Assembly (NCBI GenBank): GCA_973895155.1
Contig: OZ316892.1
Span: forward strand, 3,165,223 to 3,229,222
Source of the DNA: Marsupella aquatica
Taxonomy: Eukaryota; Plantae; Marchantiophyta
Direction: 5' to 3'
Length of the DNA stretch: 64,000 nt
The translations under genes were made by a program, and so were the position numbers. The notes below the pieces were generated by a model. The model had not been told where the DNA came from, made no database searches, and was given only the letters and a program-made list of their open reading frames with translations. Shown here one piece after another: positions 24,350 to 37,522 of the stretch (position 1 is the first letter of the stretch; every line of letters begins with the position of its first letter).

Positions 24350-25250
24350 GCCAGAGCGGAAGGAAGCCCCTGTCGCAATTAGCTCCAGGGACTGGAATTG
24401 GGGCTGCTGGAGCGCACATCTGCAATTCTAAAAATCTCTGTCTATCACCTTACCACTCTAACCGACCGATTATTATTCAGCTCAACGTGAAACGTATGTG
24501 GAGTACAGTAACCGTCGACCTTGATGGACAGTAGTTGACGAATAGTTAAAGCTGCGTACCCGGATCTAATGTCGCTGCCTGACGGAAGGCACTGCTGCTA
24601 CTTGCGCATAGAACCCGACTTGCAGCCATTGTTCTCCATGGTTCAAGTGAAGATTCTACTGAGTCTGTAGTCTGCTACTTCTGATGGTTCCTGTTATGAT
24701 CCCTGTGTGTGGTGATCCGGTCGCGCAGGAACTGAGTATTTGTCTAGTGTGTCAAAGTAGATGCAGACTCCACACTTAAGTAAAAGGTACGATTGGTGAC
24801 GGATGAATTTGCATGATTTCATCCATGCACGTACTTTACGAGCAATTGTCTGTGTGCACGTCAACACCAGAGTAGGGTCATACCAATTGCGTCTTTGTCG
24901 CTCGCCAAACTGCCATGGTGGCCAACGTCGCGCACCGGCCGCACGAACGGGTCGTGATCACCACAGGTAGACCAGTCCAAGTAAGAAATTCGAGACATGT
25001 AACTCGATGCAAAAGAGATTCCAGTCGTGGACAATGGATCGAAGGAGGGTGTCGGTGCAATAAAGCGTCCTACTTGTCTGTTGAATATCCAGTGCATGTA
25101 ATCTACTTCCAGGAAACTACTTGAATTCAAGGTTCTAGTCTGTCACAGCCAATGGCAGACTCAAGAGTGTTGGGAGTTCAAGATGTTGTCCTCGCAAATG
25201 CTTTTGACCATTGCATGAGGGCAGCGGGTATTGGATGTCCTGTTGATAGT
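24350..25250 (-). pseudogene. Probable decayed papain-family (C1A) cysteine protease
   Basis: Colinear degenerate motifs on the - strand, with stops and frameshifts: LDWSTCG..VRPVRDVGHHGS, VESA, ENNGCKSGSM, IKVDGY, ALQQP. Confidence 0.4.
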
Positions 25251-26643
25251 CATGCACAAAATCCTCCCACAGAATAAAAGTTTTGCTCAGCACTTCGATC
25301 TATTGCTGCTCGGCTCCGTTGCCCATTAATCTCCCATCAATGTTCGAAAGGGGAACTTCCTCCTGGGGGTCAGAAATCAAAGGTGTTAAATTTCTCCTGA
25401 TGTAGCAAAATTGTTGAGTCACTACTGTAGCATTGCAGTATGACGTTATCACAAAGGAACACGTGCTAAGGAGTGGACAGAAGAGACGCTTTGCTTGTAG
25501 GAACAATTGGATAGGCCGTCCAAACCTGGCGAGTTGTGGTGAGCTAATGTGCATCCTAAATTAACAAGACATTGTCGATAATTGTGGTGGCGGACGATGG
25601 AAGCTCATCTTGCCTGTGCAAAACTCCGAGACAGGAGACTTGATCACTTATGGTGACACTCTTCCAATCAGGATTGACTACCTGGTGGCCTTCGACCCAC
25701 GAGTAGACTGCCGATGGGGAGTGTCCCCGCGAGTGGCGATGCTGGAGTCATCAGTCATGACTGGCGACTAGAACGAGATTGAACAGGTGCTCCGCGATGG
25801 GACCTTTAAAGGACAAGATGTGTGCACTAATTGAATGATTGAGGTTTCAGGTATGCAAAGATAGTATAAAAGAAAGAGCCATAGGTCAAAACATAAAATC
25901 TTGGAATTATCTTGCTTTCGATACGTACAAAGGAGCACAAGCCAGCTCCACCACATGTAACCTCAGTTGAACCGAGATTGTCGGGCAAAAGCAAGTATCT
26001 GCTTACCCCAATAATATAGCACAGCTAATTAAATGAAGTTGAGGAAGATCTCAACAAGGAACAGTTTTTCCAAATCTCCGGCTGAGCTCCACCAAGACGC
26101 CCCCTACTTCCCTCTAGTCATAGGGTCTAGATGGGAGGGCGCAAATCATCAGAATGCTTGGTAGAGACAAGAAATTTAATTCCCGAGAGTACAGCACTTC
26201 TGTAGATAACTTGGAATCATTGAAACAGGGAATTAAACCGATTGTTCAACATTGTCAAGGACGAGTAGACTACTCTACTCTGCCCATCTCCAGTGCCGCC
26301 GAAGAGACTGAAGATATTCGATTCCAACATAGGTCCCAGTCACCGGACGCGTATGCCGTCCTTAAGAATACTCGATGGATTCGCTCTTCTTCCAATCACG
26401 GACTAGTGATGAGAGCGGAATATGTGGAGGGTATTTGACGATGTGAACCTGGTGTGCAATCTGTTAAGGAGTCTCCCTGGAGTTTTATGTACAGTCATAA
26501 ATACACGCATCCCTGGATACCTTAAGCCCCGGCCAAACATCTTCCTCTCAACCGCCATGCCGCAACTCGGCGTCAGCACGATCACCGTTCCGCAGTGTGA
26601 CTTCCGCACATCCCTTGAGTACAGCATGTCTACATTCCTTTGT

Positions 26644-29600
26644 CTAATTGAGGGCAGTAAGGGGTGATCGAGAGTCTCTTACAGTCAGGTCTATCGAACC
26701 ATTTACTTTGGCAGGAAACTGCTTCAAATTGCCCTCGAGTTCTGTTTGCCCGCATTTTGAGCGGAATTCTAACTGTAAAAGTTCAAGAGCAGGGGTCCGA
26801 AGTGACTCAATCGCGTCCAGAGTGGGTATATTTACGGCCCTCTTTGTTGGGGTCAACCCCGTATGCTCATCTTCCTGCTTCAAACAATCATTGGTATGTG
26901 TAAGATATCCTTGCATTGGGTAAAGACCACATGGATGAAAAGTTACATAGGACCAAATCAACAACGAGGGCGAGAGTTTCACGCCGTAGAAGGACAGACA
27001 AGCTTTCAATCTCAAACCTACCTTATACTCTACAGCGAAGTTTCGTTCCGTAATCTGTCGCAGATCGTCCAGATTGCTGCTGTGGCTTGTTTCCAGTTGG
27101 GCTGCAACATGTGATTGTGCCTCTACATTTGATTGCAACGCAACCGCAGATGACACCTCTTCTGCTCGTGCATCTGAAATTGAGTGGGAAAGCAAATGAT
27201 TACACAGCGTTGGATTGTACATCTTTCTTCACTTCCGATAGATAGTAATTCGCCTGCGTGAATTACTATGCCAGCTTAAAAATGCCAGCTTCCAGATTGA
27301 GAAACTAGATGAACGATAGGAACTTCATGACAGGTTTCTAATCTTGATGTAAAGAAAATAGTTCATCAAGGCTACACAACATTGGCGCAGTTGTGCTTAC
27401 AATGAAGAGATATAAAACAACCGACCAGACTATATAGATCCTTACCGTCGATCAGTTGTACAGTTTCACTTGTCTGTCCCTCAATACTCGATACAATTTC
27501 GGTATTTAGCGCTTGGCATTGACCAACCAGGGACTTATTTATTTCCAACCCTTCCCTGCAAGGCAGAAAGCTCTTCAATTTCAAACATGGAGCGACACGA
27601 TTTTCAAAAAAGAAATTTGAAGACAGCAAAAATCCGCGAGCTTAACTGAGGAAAGATACTCACGTTACGATAGAAACCATCTCTGGAATGTGACTCCTTT
27701 CAAATTCTTGCACTGATTCGTGGGTTGTCTTCCACTGCATCTCTGCTGTACTAACGTAACCGGTACTGCACATAGATAAACCATAATTAAAACACAGTTA
27801 CAACAGTATTCGTGCAATGCGATGCGAAGCTCAGGAACGACGCTAGTTTTGGGTCAGATCAGAAGGCTTACGAGGTCTGAAGAAGCTCTCCTATCTGACT
27901 TTGTTTTGCTGCAAGTGCAGTTGTTGTTTCGACGGCATCAGCCTCAGCTGACTTTAAGAAAGTGTCTATTCTCTTTTGTGCTGAAGATGCGGTATCTTGG
28001 AAACTCATCAAACTATGTTTTGTCTTTGTAGCTTCGGACGTGCATGTCTGGCGTAATTCACAGACCCTACTTTGAACCTGCAATAATCATCAGAACGCAT
28101 TAAAGCCTGATATAATGTCCTGGTGTGATCTTAACTCTCATAAGAGATGTCACCCCAAAACATAAAAATCTCACGTCGTCGAAAACTCGAAGCACGAGGC
28201 TCACCACAGAAAAGTTCCGCGACATCGAATTGGTCAACATCTCAGCAATGCCTTCCAGCATTCTTGTCTTCTCGTTTTCTGCATGCTCCTGTCATCAGCA
28301 AGAGAGCGCCATGCACAGTTCAGAACCAAACAGGTGGGAAATCTGTGTCGAGGAGACGACAAGGACAACTCTCTTGAACAGGGTTCGTAACGCATAAAGA
28401 CCAACCTTGTAGGATTCTGCGAGCTGTAGAAGAGATGAATCATGGGCTTTACTCCTTGCGTCCAAGGACTCGGCAAATTCAAGGGCACCGGTATGCAGCG
28501 TCAAGAGTGAACCAAGAATGTCGTTCACTGTGCCGCGCAACGTGCCGAGGCTTTGTCTTGCCGCCTGCATAATTTCGGCAACCACACTACAAGTAAGTGA
28601 AATTGCAGGCCGACCTGAAACTAACGGAGACTCCATGTACAGACTTCGAGAGCGAATCCTGAAACACTTGTGAGGTCGAAGAATGAGTGGGGCTGCCTAA
28701 ACTTCTGTCGAGACAATATAGTTAAGAGAAATACCTCCGATTGCAAATGGGCGAACACTGCAGTCTCGCGCTTCTGATCTCCCAGTGTTGTCTGTAGCTC
28801 ACTCAGCACCAACTCCGCGTCTGCTACATGATTTGCGAGGAGCTGTATAACCAACACTGGTTCTTAGGGACGAAACACATCGACTGCAGTCGCAAGCATG
28901 AAATATGACACCGAAACTTCTGCCTGCGGACAACCACGAAAAGAGGAAGGGAACCGAACAACACATCGACAAATAAATGAACACGAGAGTACTTACTTGA
29001 TCCAGAGCTGATGCATGAGCTGAAACTGTGGAGTTCAGTTTGTGGAGAGTCGAAGATGAAATTGTCTCATGGGCACCAACAACATCGTACACATTTTGAC
29101 TCTGCGCCAGGTATGTTGACCTTAGGCCTTCTAGTTTCCTCTTGAGCTGGTCAACCGACTGCGACCAACAATCATAACGTTAGTCATCTCAGGTTCACAT
29201 TCAAGCCAACATTTCAAACAAGGTGAGGACTATGGATACATTTAAAAATCAATCCGGGTACGAATTCGAAGTGCTCGAAGGCATCCAAGTATTTGAGAAA
29301 TGCAGCGGTCCCGATTCAACTACTCACCTTATCTTTTGCGGCGAGGAAGGAATCAAGATTGTGATCCATGTGTTTTAGTAGGTCTCGTTGCGTAGTAACT
29401 GATCCCGACATAGTACTGTGCATAACTTCCATCTGGTTCGACAACACTTTACGGAATTTCTGGACTACCTGACTATTTCCAGATTCCAGATTATTTTTAC
29501 GCTCTGCACAAACGGAACATGAGAATCAGCTGGCGTCTTGGCGGGAAGCCAAACCAATACGAATTCATGTTGTAGGATTGGAAATCCATGGAACTTACCC

Positions 29601-32600
29601 AATTTCGCGAACAATTCAGCAACGTCGTTTGCCGTTCTTTCCAACTCTGACCGAAGTTCTGCAGCGTGTCCAGCAAGGCCATTTTCTGCTTGTTGTTGAG
29701 CTGAGATAACGTAGGCATGCTCCTGGATGGTTTGATTAGCCTTCTTTATCTCATCTTTTGCCTCGGAAAGTGCCTCCTGGCATTGCCCTAACGCAATCTG
29801 CAAAAATCGTAGGAGGTGGTTATTGCAAACTTGATATCGCAGGCTCATTCGAACATATCCATAAAGGCCCGAAACAATCCAAGAAATTTATTCCTTAACT
29901 GAAAATGTCCCCCAAACAATATTCATGATGTTTATCACCGGATTACCAACCTTGGTAGAATCTAGCTTTGTTTTGAGGTCTTCATGCTGCTGGCGCTGAA
30001 CCTCACAACGCTCTTGTAGCTCCTCGATGTGCTGTGCCATGGAAAATATAAGTTCATTACTGACACCCTTCGAAGGTTTAGCCAGCTTCAGAAGAAAAGG
30101 AAGAATGACAACAATAAGTTTCGACAATCTTGTTGTACCTTGTCTTTGGCTTCGATCTCGAATTCCATAACTTCTATTTTCTCTGCCATCATCTGCAAAA
30201 CAAGAGTTATTTCACGTCACATGTGAGCAGGTACTAACCTCAATGCAAACACCCGAATGTTCGAGATGGATGAGTCGAATTACACTACTGACGGAAATGG
30301 AAAGACTTACCTTCCGATCAGCCTCATCTTGAAAATATCGTTCGCGAGGGAGATAGATTCCATTTTTCTCACGAGCGGAATAAACCTCTGTGAAAGCAAC
30401 AAGTAGAGGTCAACTGATTGGAAATGAAAGCTCATTGTCAGCTGACGAGACCGATACATAAAAAGTTCCTCGGATTTTTGAATAATGGCAATCATAGAAA
30501 ATCACGTCAACGGACTCGTCAATTTGCTTCCAAGATGAGGACCCAAGCAACTTGTTGCGTCACTTACCGACTTTCAGCCTTTCGATTTCTCCGTAAAGGT
30601 CTTTGATCAATGCAGACTTCATCATCTTCTGGTTCACCTGGAAGGGGAAACATTTTTGTAAGCCACGGACTTCTTGAAACACAACAAATGACGAATTGAA
30701 TTGAGAGTAATCTCCCCTAAACAATAATGGCGAGCGAACCTCTGGTTTGTTTCTGATGTTCTTAGCGCGATGCGCATAATCCAGAGTGCTGAGGGTCTCT
30801 TCCAGACAATGCACAGATGGAGACACCGTTGCTATAATGCAAGTCTTGGTTTTACCACCCAGTGAGTCACGTAGTAGTCTGGTGAGCTTGCTGTCCCTGT
30901 TCAGACAAGGATGCAACTGTGACAGTTAACTTCTGTTAAGATTGTAGCGAGATCCTCAAGGTTCCTGCAAAATTTGCGTGACCAGGAAGAATATCAAGAG
31001 CTTAGAGCAAAACTACCTGTAAAACTAGAGCAAAACTACCTGTAGGGCACGTGAGCCAAATGTTCAACCAGAGCCGTAATGACACGCCCAAGGGTCAGAA
31101 GACTTTTGTTGATCTCCCCGGCTTCTCGTGCTCGTCCCTGCAAAGTATGACAAGATGATGCAGCGCGGAGACATCTCAGTGACGCAAAAGATGATTGCAT
31201 AACAATGGCATTTATGAACTCAAGGTTGAAGTGGACAGTCATGAATTCCTCTAATGCAGAGACTAACTCACCTCCCTGGCTCCAGACCGGGATATGTTTT
31301 CAGAACCCGCCAAGTCCACCAAATTCAGCTTCCCGCATTTTATGAGCTCTTCGCCCTCCGGAGTCGCTTCCTTAATGTGGATTGTGATTGAGAAGATTGA
31401 ATGCGACCGGCTGGCACATTACGACAAGTGAGAACCACGATAGATCCAAGAAATAGAACAAAATTGGCGCGATTTGCCAACAGCATACCAATGTCTACTA
31501 CCGTGGTGACGATCAGTGCCCACCTGGACTGCTTATTGAGAAGAGTTTCAGCTGTGCGCCTTTTGGCGGATCCACGATCTAAGAGGTTGTAGATTTCACT
31601 GGCACTAGCCACAATCTCCTCTTCTAGGCCACGAACAAGAACTCCTCCTTTACCGTCCTCCATTAGAGCGAGGGGCTTCTTCGTCTTGTCATCTATAACT
31701 TTCGAGTATTCCTCAGGGGCCAGCAAGTCTGTTATCTCCTCGTTGTAGAGCTCAAGAAATGTGACTTTCACGCTGTACTCTGCATTCTGGCTCTCCAGAG
31801 TGTCGAATATCTGCTGAACAGATCTCGGGATGACGCCAGCATCTGCAGGAAGGCCTCCGCTCTGCACAACGGAAGGAGTTCCACGACAGGAAACTTAGCA
31901 TATCAACTTTGACATACTTATCGAGGATGCGAGGCGTGACCTACATGCAAATGGCAGCTGACAGAAGTCGGTCCTTAGAGAGCAAGGATGTAGGAGATAA
32001 TGTAGATCTGTACAACACGAACTAGCACGCCTACTAGAAGAAGTACGAGAATCAGCTGCATAATTCATCAATGTACACTCCCATCGTCACCGAAGCAGCA
32101 AGAGAATTGAACACGAATGAAACGTTCGTCATTGAGAGACGCACCTTAGTCTTCCTCCCCGACCCTTCCATAGTGTACGTCTTTCCAGTACCGGTCTGAC
32201 CATACGCAAATATAGTGCAATTGAATCCATCAAGAACCTCGTGCACAATAGGAACGACGGCCTGATCATAGAGATCTTTCTGCTGAGATTGAGGACCGAA
32301 AACCTGCAAAGACAGCGTCCAGTTTTCAGCACCATACGAGAGCCACAATGTGCTGGAGCTACAGCGATAAAAGTGAGGAAGATAGCCTCAGCATGAATTC
32401 CCCGCTTGGAACATTAAACTCACCTTGTCAAAAGTAAACGTCCGATCGATCTGCTTGCTGGCTATATTCTGAAACACCGTGACCTCCCGGCGATGGTCAT
32501 GGCACGAAATAACTTGCGGAGCATTGGTCCGGACCTCCTCTTCGCTGGGTGGTCTGCAAGCATAAAGATCATACACCGTCACGACACACGTCGGAAGAAG

Positions 32601-32817
32601 AGGGAACAGAGCGTCAATGTCGGTCGAAATTCAAAATACGCAAGAACCAGATCTTTGGAAGGGACAGAAGAAAGCGACACGATCGATGGATCAACGCGAC
32701 ACCGTGTGATTCATGTATCATTTCACATTCCTTTTACTATAGGCAGAACTTGCACCTGCAACGAAGCAGAACCTGGACGTTGACGCCCTTATCCTTGTCC
32801 TTCTCACGGCTGCCCAT
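26644..32817 (-). CDS. KIN5: Kinesin-5 (BimC/KRP125 family) mitotic motor, multi-exon
   Basis: Start [21 protein letters not shown] (32817-32756). P-loop GQTGTGKT, switch I NKQSSRSH, switch [21 protein letters not shown]. Coiled-coil stalk, BimC-box-like TGLTPTKR, and C-terminal RSPLTALN*. Confidence 0.96.
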
Positions 32818-34195
32818 GCTTACACTTGAACGAGTCGTCTTGGGATGCACTAAGCTGCTCCTTCACCTAACCAGCAGCCGCAACGACTCGTTCTCAGGAC
32901 GGGCAGCTCACTAGACGCACTTCTTCATCGTCATCATCATGATTATCCTGTCTGCTGCGCTGCGGCCCGCCTGCCTGCTGCTTGGTTCCTTTGTTCCCCC
33001 AATGCAGAGATTACCTCACAATATGCACAATCCCCGCCACCTTTCTCCCGCTCCAATGCTGAGGAATGAACAGAACAGGTCCCACGGAAACGGCTCTTTT
33101 CGTCCCTTCCTGTTCTCCAAGTCAAGAATCAGAGTCAACTTTCCCGGTTGAACAATAACCTGGTCCTTCCTTTCGCTCCAATGCCTGCTGGAGAAACAAA
33201 TAATTCCTATTCGTATGCGTGCACACAATATGCACAATGCCCCCCACCTCTACTTGCGCACCAATGTTGAAGAAAAGAACACGTCCCGCAATATTAGTTC
33301 ACGCTCCTCCCACGGAATCTGCTCTGTTCGTCGCGTCCCTTTCTGTTCTCCGATGTCGAGAATCAGAGAAACCCGTCCTTTCTTTGGAGACACAAACAGT
33401 TCCCACGCGTTGATTTATGTGCGCCACTCCTGCACACCCCCCACCGCCACTCCTCCTCCTCACTCTAAACGGCTCTTTCGTCCAGGAAATGAAGACTCGC
33501 TCGAGGAATGTCAGACCACAACGAGCGATCGACCGCACGACGAAGCGCGGACCACAAAATCACATCTCACACAATTTCCGTCGCTCTACACAGAGCTCCA
33601 AGCGACGAGAGAAGAAGCGTAGAAACACAAACAATCTTTGCTACGATTTCTCTGCACTGCACCACCGATGGACGAACGGAGCGTGAAGGACACAAGACGG
33701 GACGACCTCGGGTGAGGCGAGCGTTTTCATCGACCGCATCGACCACAGTCGGTCTGTCCCCGTTCGCGCCTCGTTCCCCAACGGACAGAACGCCGTCGGA
33801 GGCCACCATCCCCACCGTCGTTATCATCACACCCAACGTTACAAAAGGACAGAACACCGTCGGAGGGAACCGTCTCCACCGTCGTCCCCATCGCTCCCAA
33901 CGTTGCCATCTGGCTGTATTCCCTCCCTCCCTCCTTTTCGGAGCCCCGAGTCCAGACTACTCCAAATGCCCTCTAGAGTGTTTGAAAACTCCCGCCGCTC
34001 TGATGGCTCTGAACATCCGCCGCCCGATATTCGGCGTGTCTGGATCCCGGGCACCCAACATTTCGCGTTAAATACGGTGACAACGAGTACCATACCGTAA
34101 AATTACGGTACGAACTACGAAGAGCATCTTTCAAGTGTATACGTGTCGTTGAGGACGTGTTTTGATGTACAGTGACGTGTAGTGACGTGCTAGAT

Positions 34196-34206
34196 TTAAC
34201 CGTTGG
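34196..34206 (-). promoter_or_regulatory. MSA-like (MYB3R-binding) element upstream of kinesin-5
   Basis: CCAACGGTTA on the - strand, with further AACGG cores near 33468 and 33780. This fits a G2/M gene, but short motifs occur by chance. Confidence 0.3.
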
Positions 34207-35221
34207 TGGATTGTAAACCTGCGTTTAGTAGAAGTGGTAGAACTGAAATCTAGGCCCGGATTGGCCGACACGGTGGCTTGGATGGACTGATCAAACCCGG
34301 ATGGACTGCTATGAAACAACTAAACAAGAAATCGATAACACTTTTTACAGTTCCGTCACTAAAAGACCAGTAAGTCGTAAATAAGATTAACTGTACCCGT
34401 AATTATTTATTAGGAAAGGAGAATTTTATTTGTAAGTGCTTTTTCTTAGTTGCTCCTTGACTCTATTCTCATTTTATTTGTTTTTAATTTGTGGCAGTTG
34501 TTATAGTTGAATTAGTTAGATGTCATCCAACTAGCCTGATTACTCTTTGAACATAAATAGAGACTAAGACAAGTGAGACACGGATGGCAAGGGAGGTGCA
34601 CATGTATAGGATAATGACGGCTTGGTCTGGGGTTACTGGTCTATAACCCTGTGACCAGAAAGTGAAAAAATGCCGGGAAAGTTTTTTGAGCTTTGTGAGA
34701 ACAGGTTTCAGACAATAACCCCAGCCTAAACAATCATTATCATACGTAATACTTGTCCGGAAAAAGATTATTGGGCAAGATTTCTGGGCACAGGGTTATG
34801 GAAATGGTGGCACCTAGTAGAAAAGGTTACACACCGGTAGCCTTTCTTCCTGACAAGAATTATGGGGAACGCAAGACACGGATGACAAGGTGGAGGCCAT
34901 CTGTGGGAGGCACAAGGGAGGTTGGCGAGGCGGGGAGAAATTTCTTGCCAAACATTGACAAGAAAACACATGTTCAAAAGAGCAGCCAGGATTTGCCCAG
35001 CCAGTAATATGTACATGGACAATCAGTGAGTAAGAATGGGCAGGTAGATGTTATAGTGTAGATTGAATTTTCTCCCATTATTTACGTATTCTTTCAATCA
35101 TTTTTGAAGTAAAAGGCAATAGCCCAATTTATGGATAAATTTTTAAAAATTATGGGTAAATTTAAGATAAAAAGAAAAATGGATAAATTTTGGAAGTTGA
35201 CAGTTTGGATGAACACAAACT

Positions 35222-35316
35222 TTTGATGTGATGTGCCCATGGACACTCTAAACCTGATGTAACAGAAACTTTTGTCGTGATGTGCCCATGGACACACTAA
35301 ACCTGATGGACACAAA
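35222..35316. repeat. ~49-bp tandem duplication
   Basis: 'gtgatgtgcccatggacac.ctaaacctgatg' occurs twice. Confidence 0.8.
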
Positions 35317-36500
35317 TGAAACATTTGCATGTACAGCATGTTTTACACTTCTATTCAAAGACTACATGTAAACATGCATCTGACTGGTAAAAGACCAATT
35401 ACAGCAGATTCTTTGAATTATTTTGTCCATGCAATGCCCCAAAATGTTTAATTCTTGGAAAACTATGAGTTTAGTTGGGTTTAAAGGTTTGTAATTGGAT
35501 ATGTTTCCTAAGTTTGGATGGGATTTGTTGAACTTAAAAGCTTGAATGGAAAGCCCATCTGACCTTACCATTTTTAAAGTAACCTGTGGTTGGACTGGCA
35601 CATTGTCCGTGGCAAGTACTATGGACTGTTACAGCAGTAAAAAACTTTACATGTACAGAAATCAAATTTTAAAGGCATCAACTGGCTGAGTATGGAACCC
35701 TGCCTCCACCTTACATAATAAGTAAAATAACATTAAAAGTAGTGGTATTTCACTTCCGTTTCCAAAGGCTCCCATTTATTCTATACCTCTTAAGTCAAGG
35801 GATGGTATTTCACTTGTGCCAAAGTATCCCACTTATTCTATACCTCATAAGTCATTTTCTCAAAGCCAAACAACAGATAAGCTCAACATTGTCTTCTTTC
35901 CCCACTGATTTATCAGTTCAAGCTCATTCTATAGATGTGGTTTCGCTACATATTAGTAGATTGGGACAATTAGTGGGAATCTTGTTAATCTATTCATGTG
36001 TATCACTAATTCAATGACCAGGCATTAATTTGGCTACTTGAAGAGAGTCATAGTTACTCCTGTTGGTTACATGTGTTTCGTTGCATTTCTTAAACTTGAC
36101 ATTCAGGGCAGAATTAAATCACATTGCATCAACATCCACGATATATTCAAAATGCTTTGTTTGATTAATTAGTTGGATTCCCTCTGCTAGTTCTGAGTTG
36201 GCCGTTCACTACTTGCAGAGAACCGCCTAGCAAAGAAAGTGTTATATACCGATCACCCAATCAACATGGTGTGGTCTGCTGCTGCCGAGCAAACAGCTCA
36301 AGAAAATTGCTGACACCTTATAATAGGGTCAGGCGACAAACCCCAGGGCCCAGCCCTCATCACCAAATAATCTTTTTTTCTCAGAGCTATAGATTTGGTT
36401 AGCCGCATACCTTTCCTCACTTACCTCATTCTATTGACTAGAGGCTGTCCACCTTGGAGACATTATCGATTATGACTATCACCGGGCATGGTCAAAAATA

Positions 36501-37083
36501 GAGACATATGCTTGATGGGCCCCCTGGTGAACCTTTCTTACCTGATGGGCCCCTAGGTAACTTTTTTTACCAAGTAGGACCCCTCTTAATGACCAGTACA
36601 CCTGTTCTTGTGTGGTGCCTACACCTGTCCTTGTGTGGTGCCTACTATGTATGGTGACTCCAAGCAAACTGCACAATTGAACCGTGCGGTCAACCTTGCA
36701 TGGTCGACCGAGACACAATGTCTTCGAATGCATTATGTCTTTTGTAATACCTTCTTTTGTTTCAGGCATTAACCCAGTGAATCCGAAGACATAATGCATA
36801 TTGTCTTCAAATTGCAGTTTCGGCAGCTGCAGTCGATTTTCGCGGTTTCTCCCGAATCATCTTCGTGGTTTCTCGGTCGACCATGCAAGCTTGACCGCAC
36901 GGTTCAACTGTGCAGTTTGCTTGGAGTCACCATACATAGTAGGCACCACACAAGGACAGGTGTAGGCACCACACAAGAACAGGTGTACTGGTCATTAAGA
37001 GGGGTCCTACTTGGTAAAAAAAGTTCCCTAGGGGCCCATCAGGTAAGAAAGGTTCACCAGGGGGCCCATCAAGCATATATCTC
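36501..37083. mobile_element. Young non-autonomous Mutator-like foldback element with 213-bp TIRs and a 10-bp TSD
   Basis: TIRs 36501-36713 and 36871-37083 differ at about 4 positions by eye. TSD GTCAAAAATA at 36491-36500 and 37084-37093. Spacer is 157 bp. Confidence 0.95.
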
Positions 37084-37522
37084 GTCAAAAATAGTTCTTG
37101 CAGGTTTTCATGGTGCATTGGACACCACAAGACGTGTGGTGTTTTGCTAGTTGTTGGACCCTATACTCAAACAGGTAATCCAATTTCAGGGTAGGCAGGC
37201 CGTAAAAAGAAAAGATGCCCTTTCCAACATCTTGGGATTCAACCACATTACTATCGGCTCTTGCTTTCCAATTTGGGGATATTAACCAAGCCCCTTATGT
37301 TGTGTCGTGCACAATGTTGCATCCTTAACACTCAGGGGGTTGACTATCAAAATTTGTAGGAACCAGCAGAGTGTTGCTCCAAAATAAATATTTTTGATAA
37401 AAATTAACTAAATTATTAAAAATCGTAGGAAACAAAAGAAGGTATTACAAACTCATGTTTATAGAATATTCTCTAATATATACCTTTTATAAAGTAAAAT
37501 AAATTATTAATGTAAAAAATGG

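Noticed and set aside
33215-34100. Overlapping 60-187-aa ORFs upstream of kinesin-5
   Set aside because: GC-rich promoter/leader sequence with open frames on both strands and no recognisable domains.
36479-37150. Paired 106-aa and 118-aa ORFs with near-identical peptides
   Set aside because: An artefact of translating the two arms of the MULE inverted repeat.
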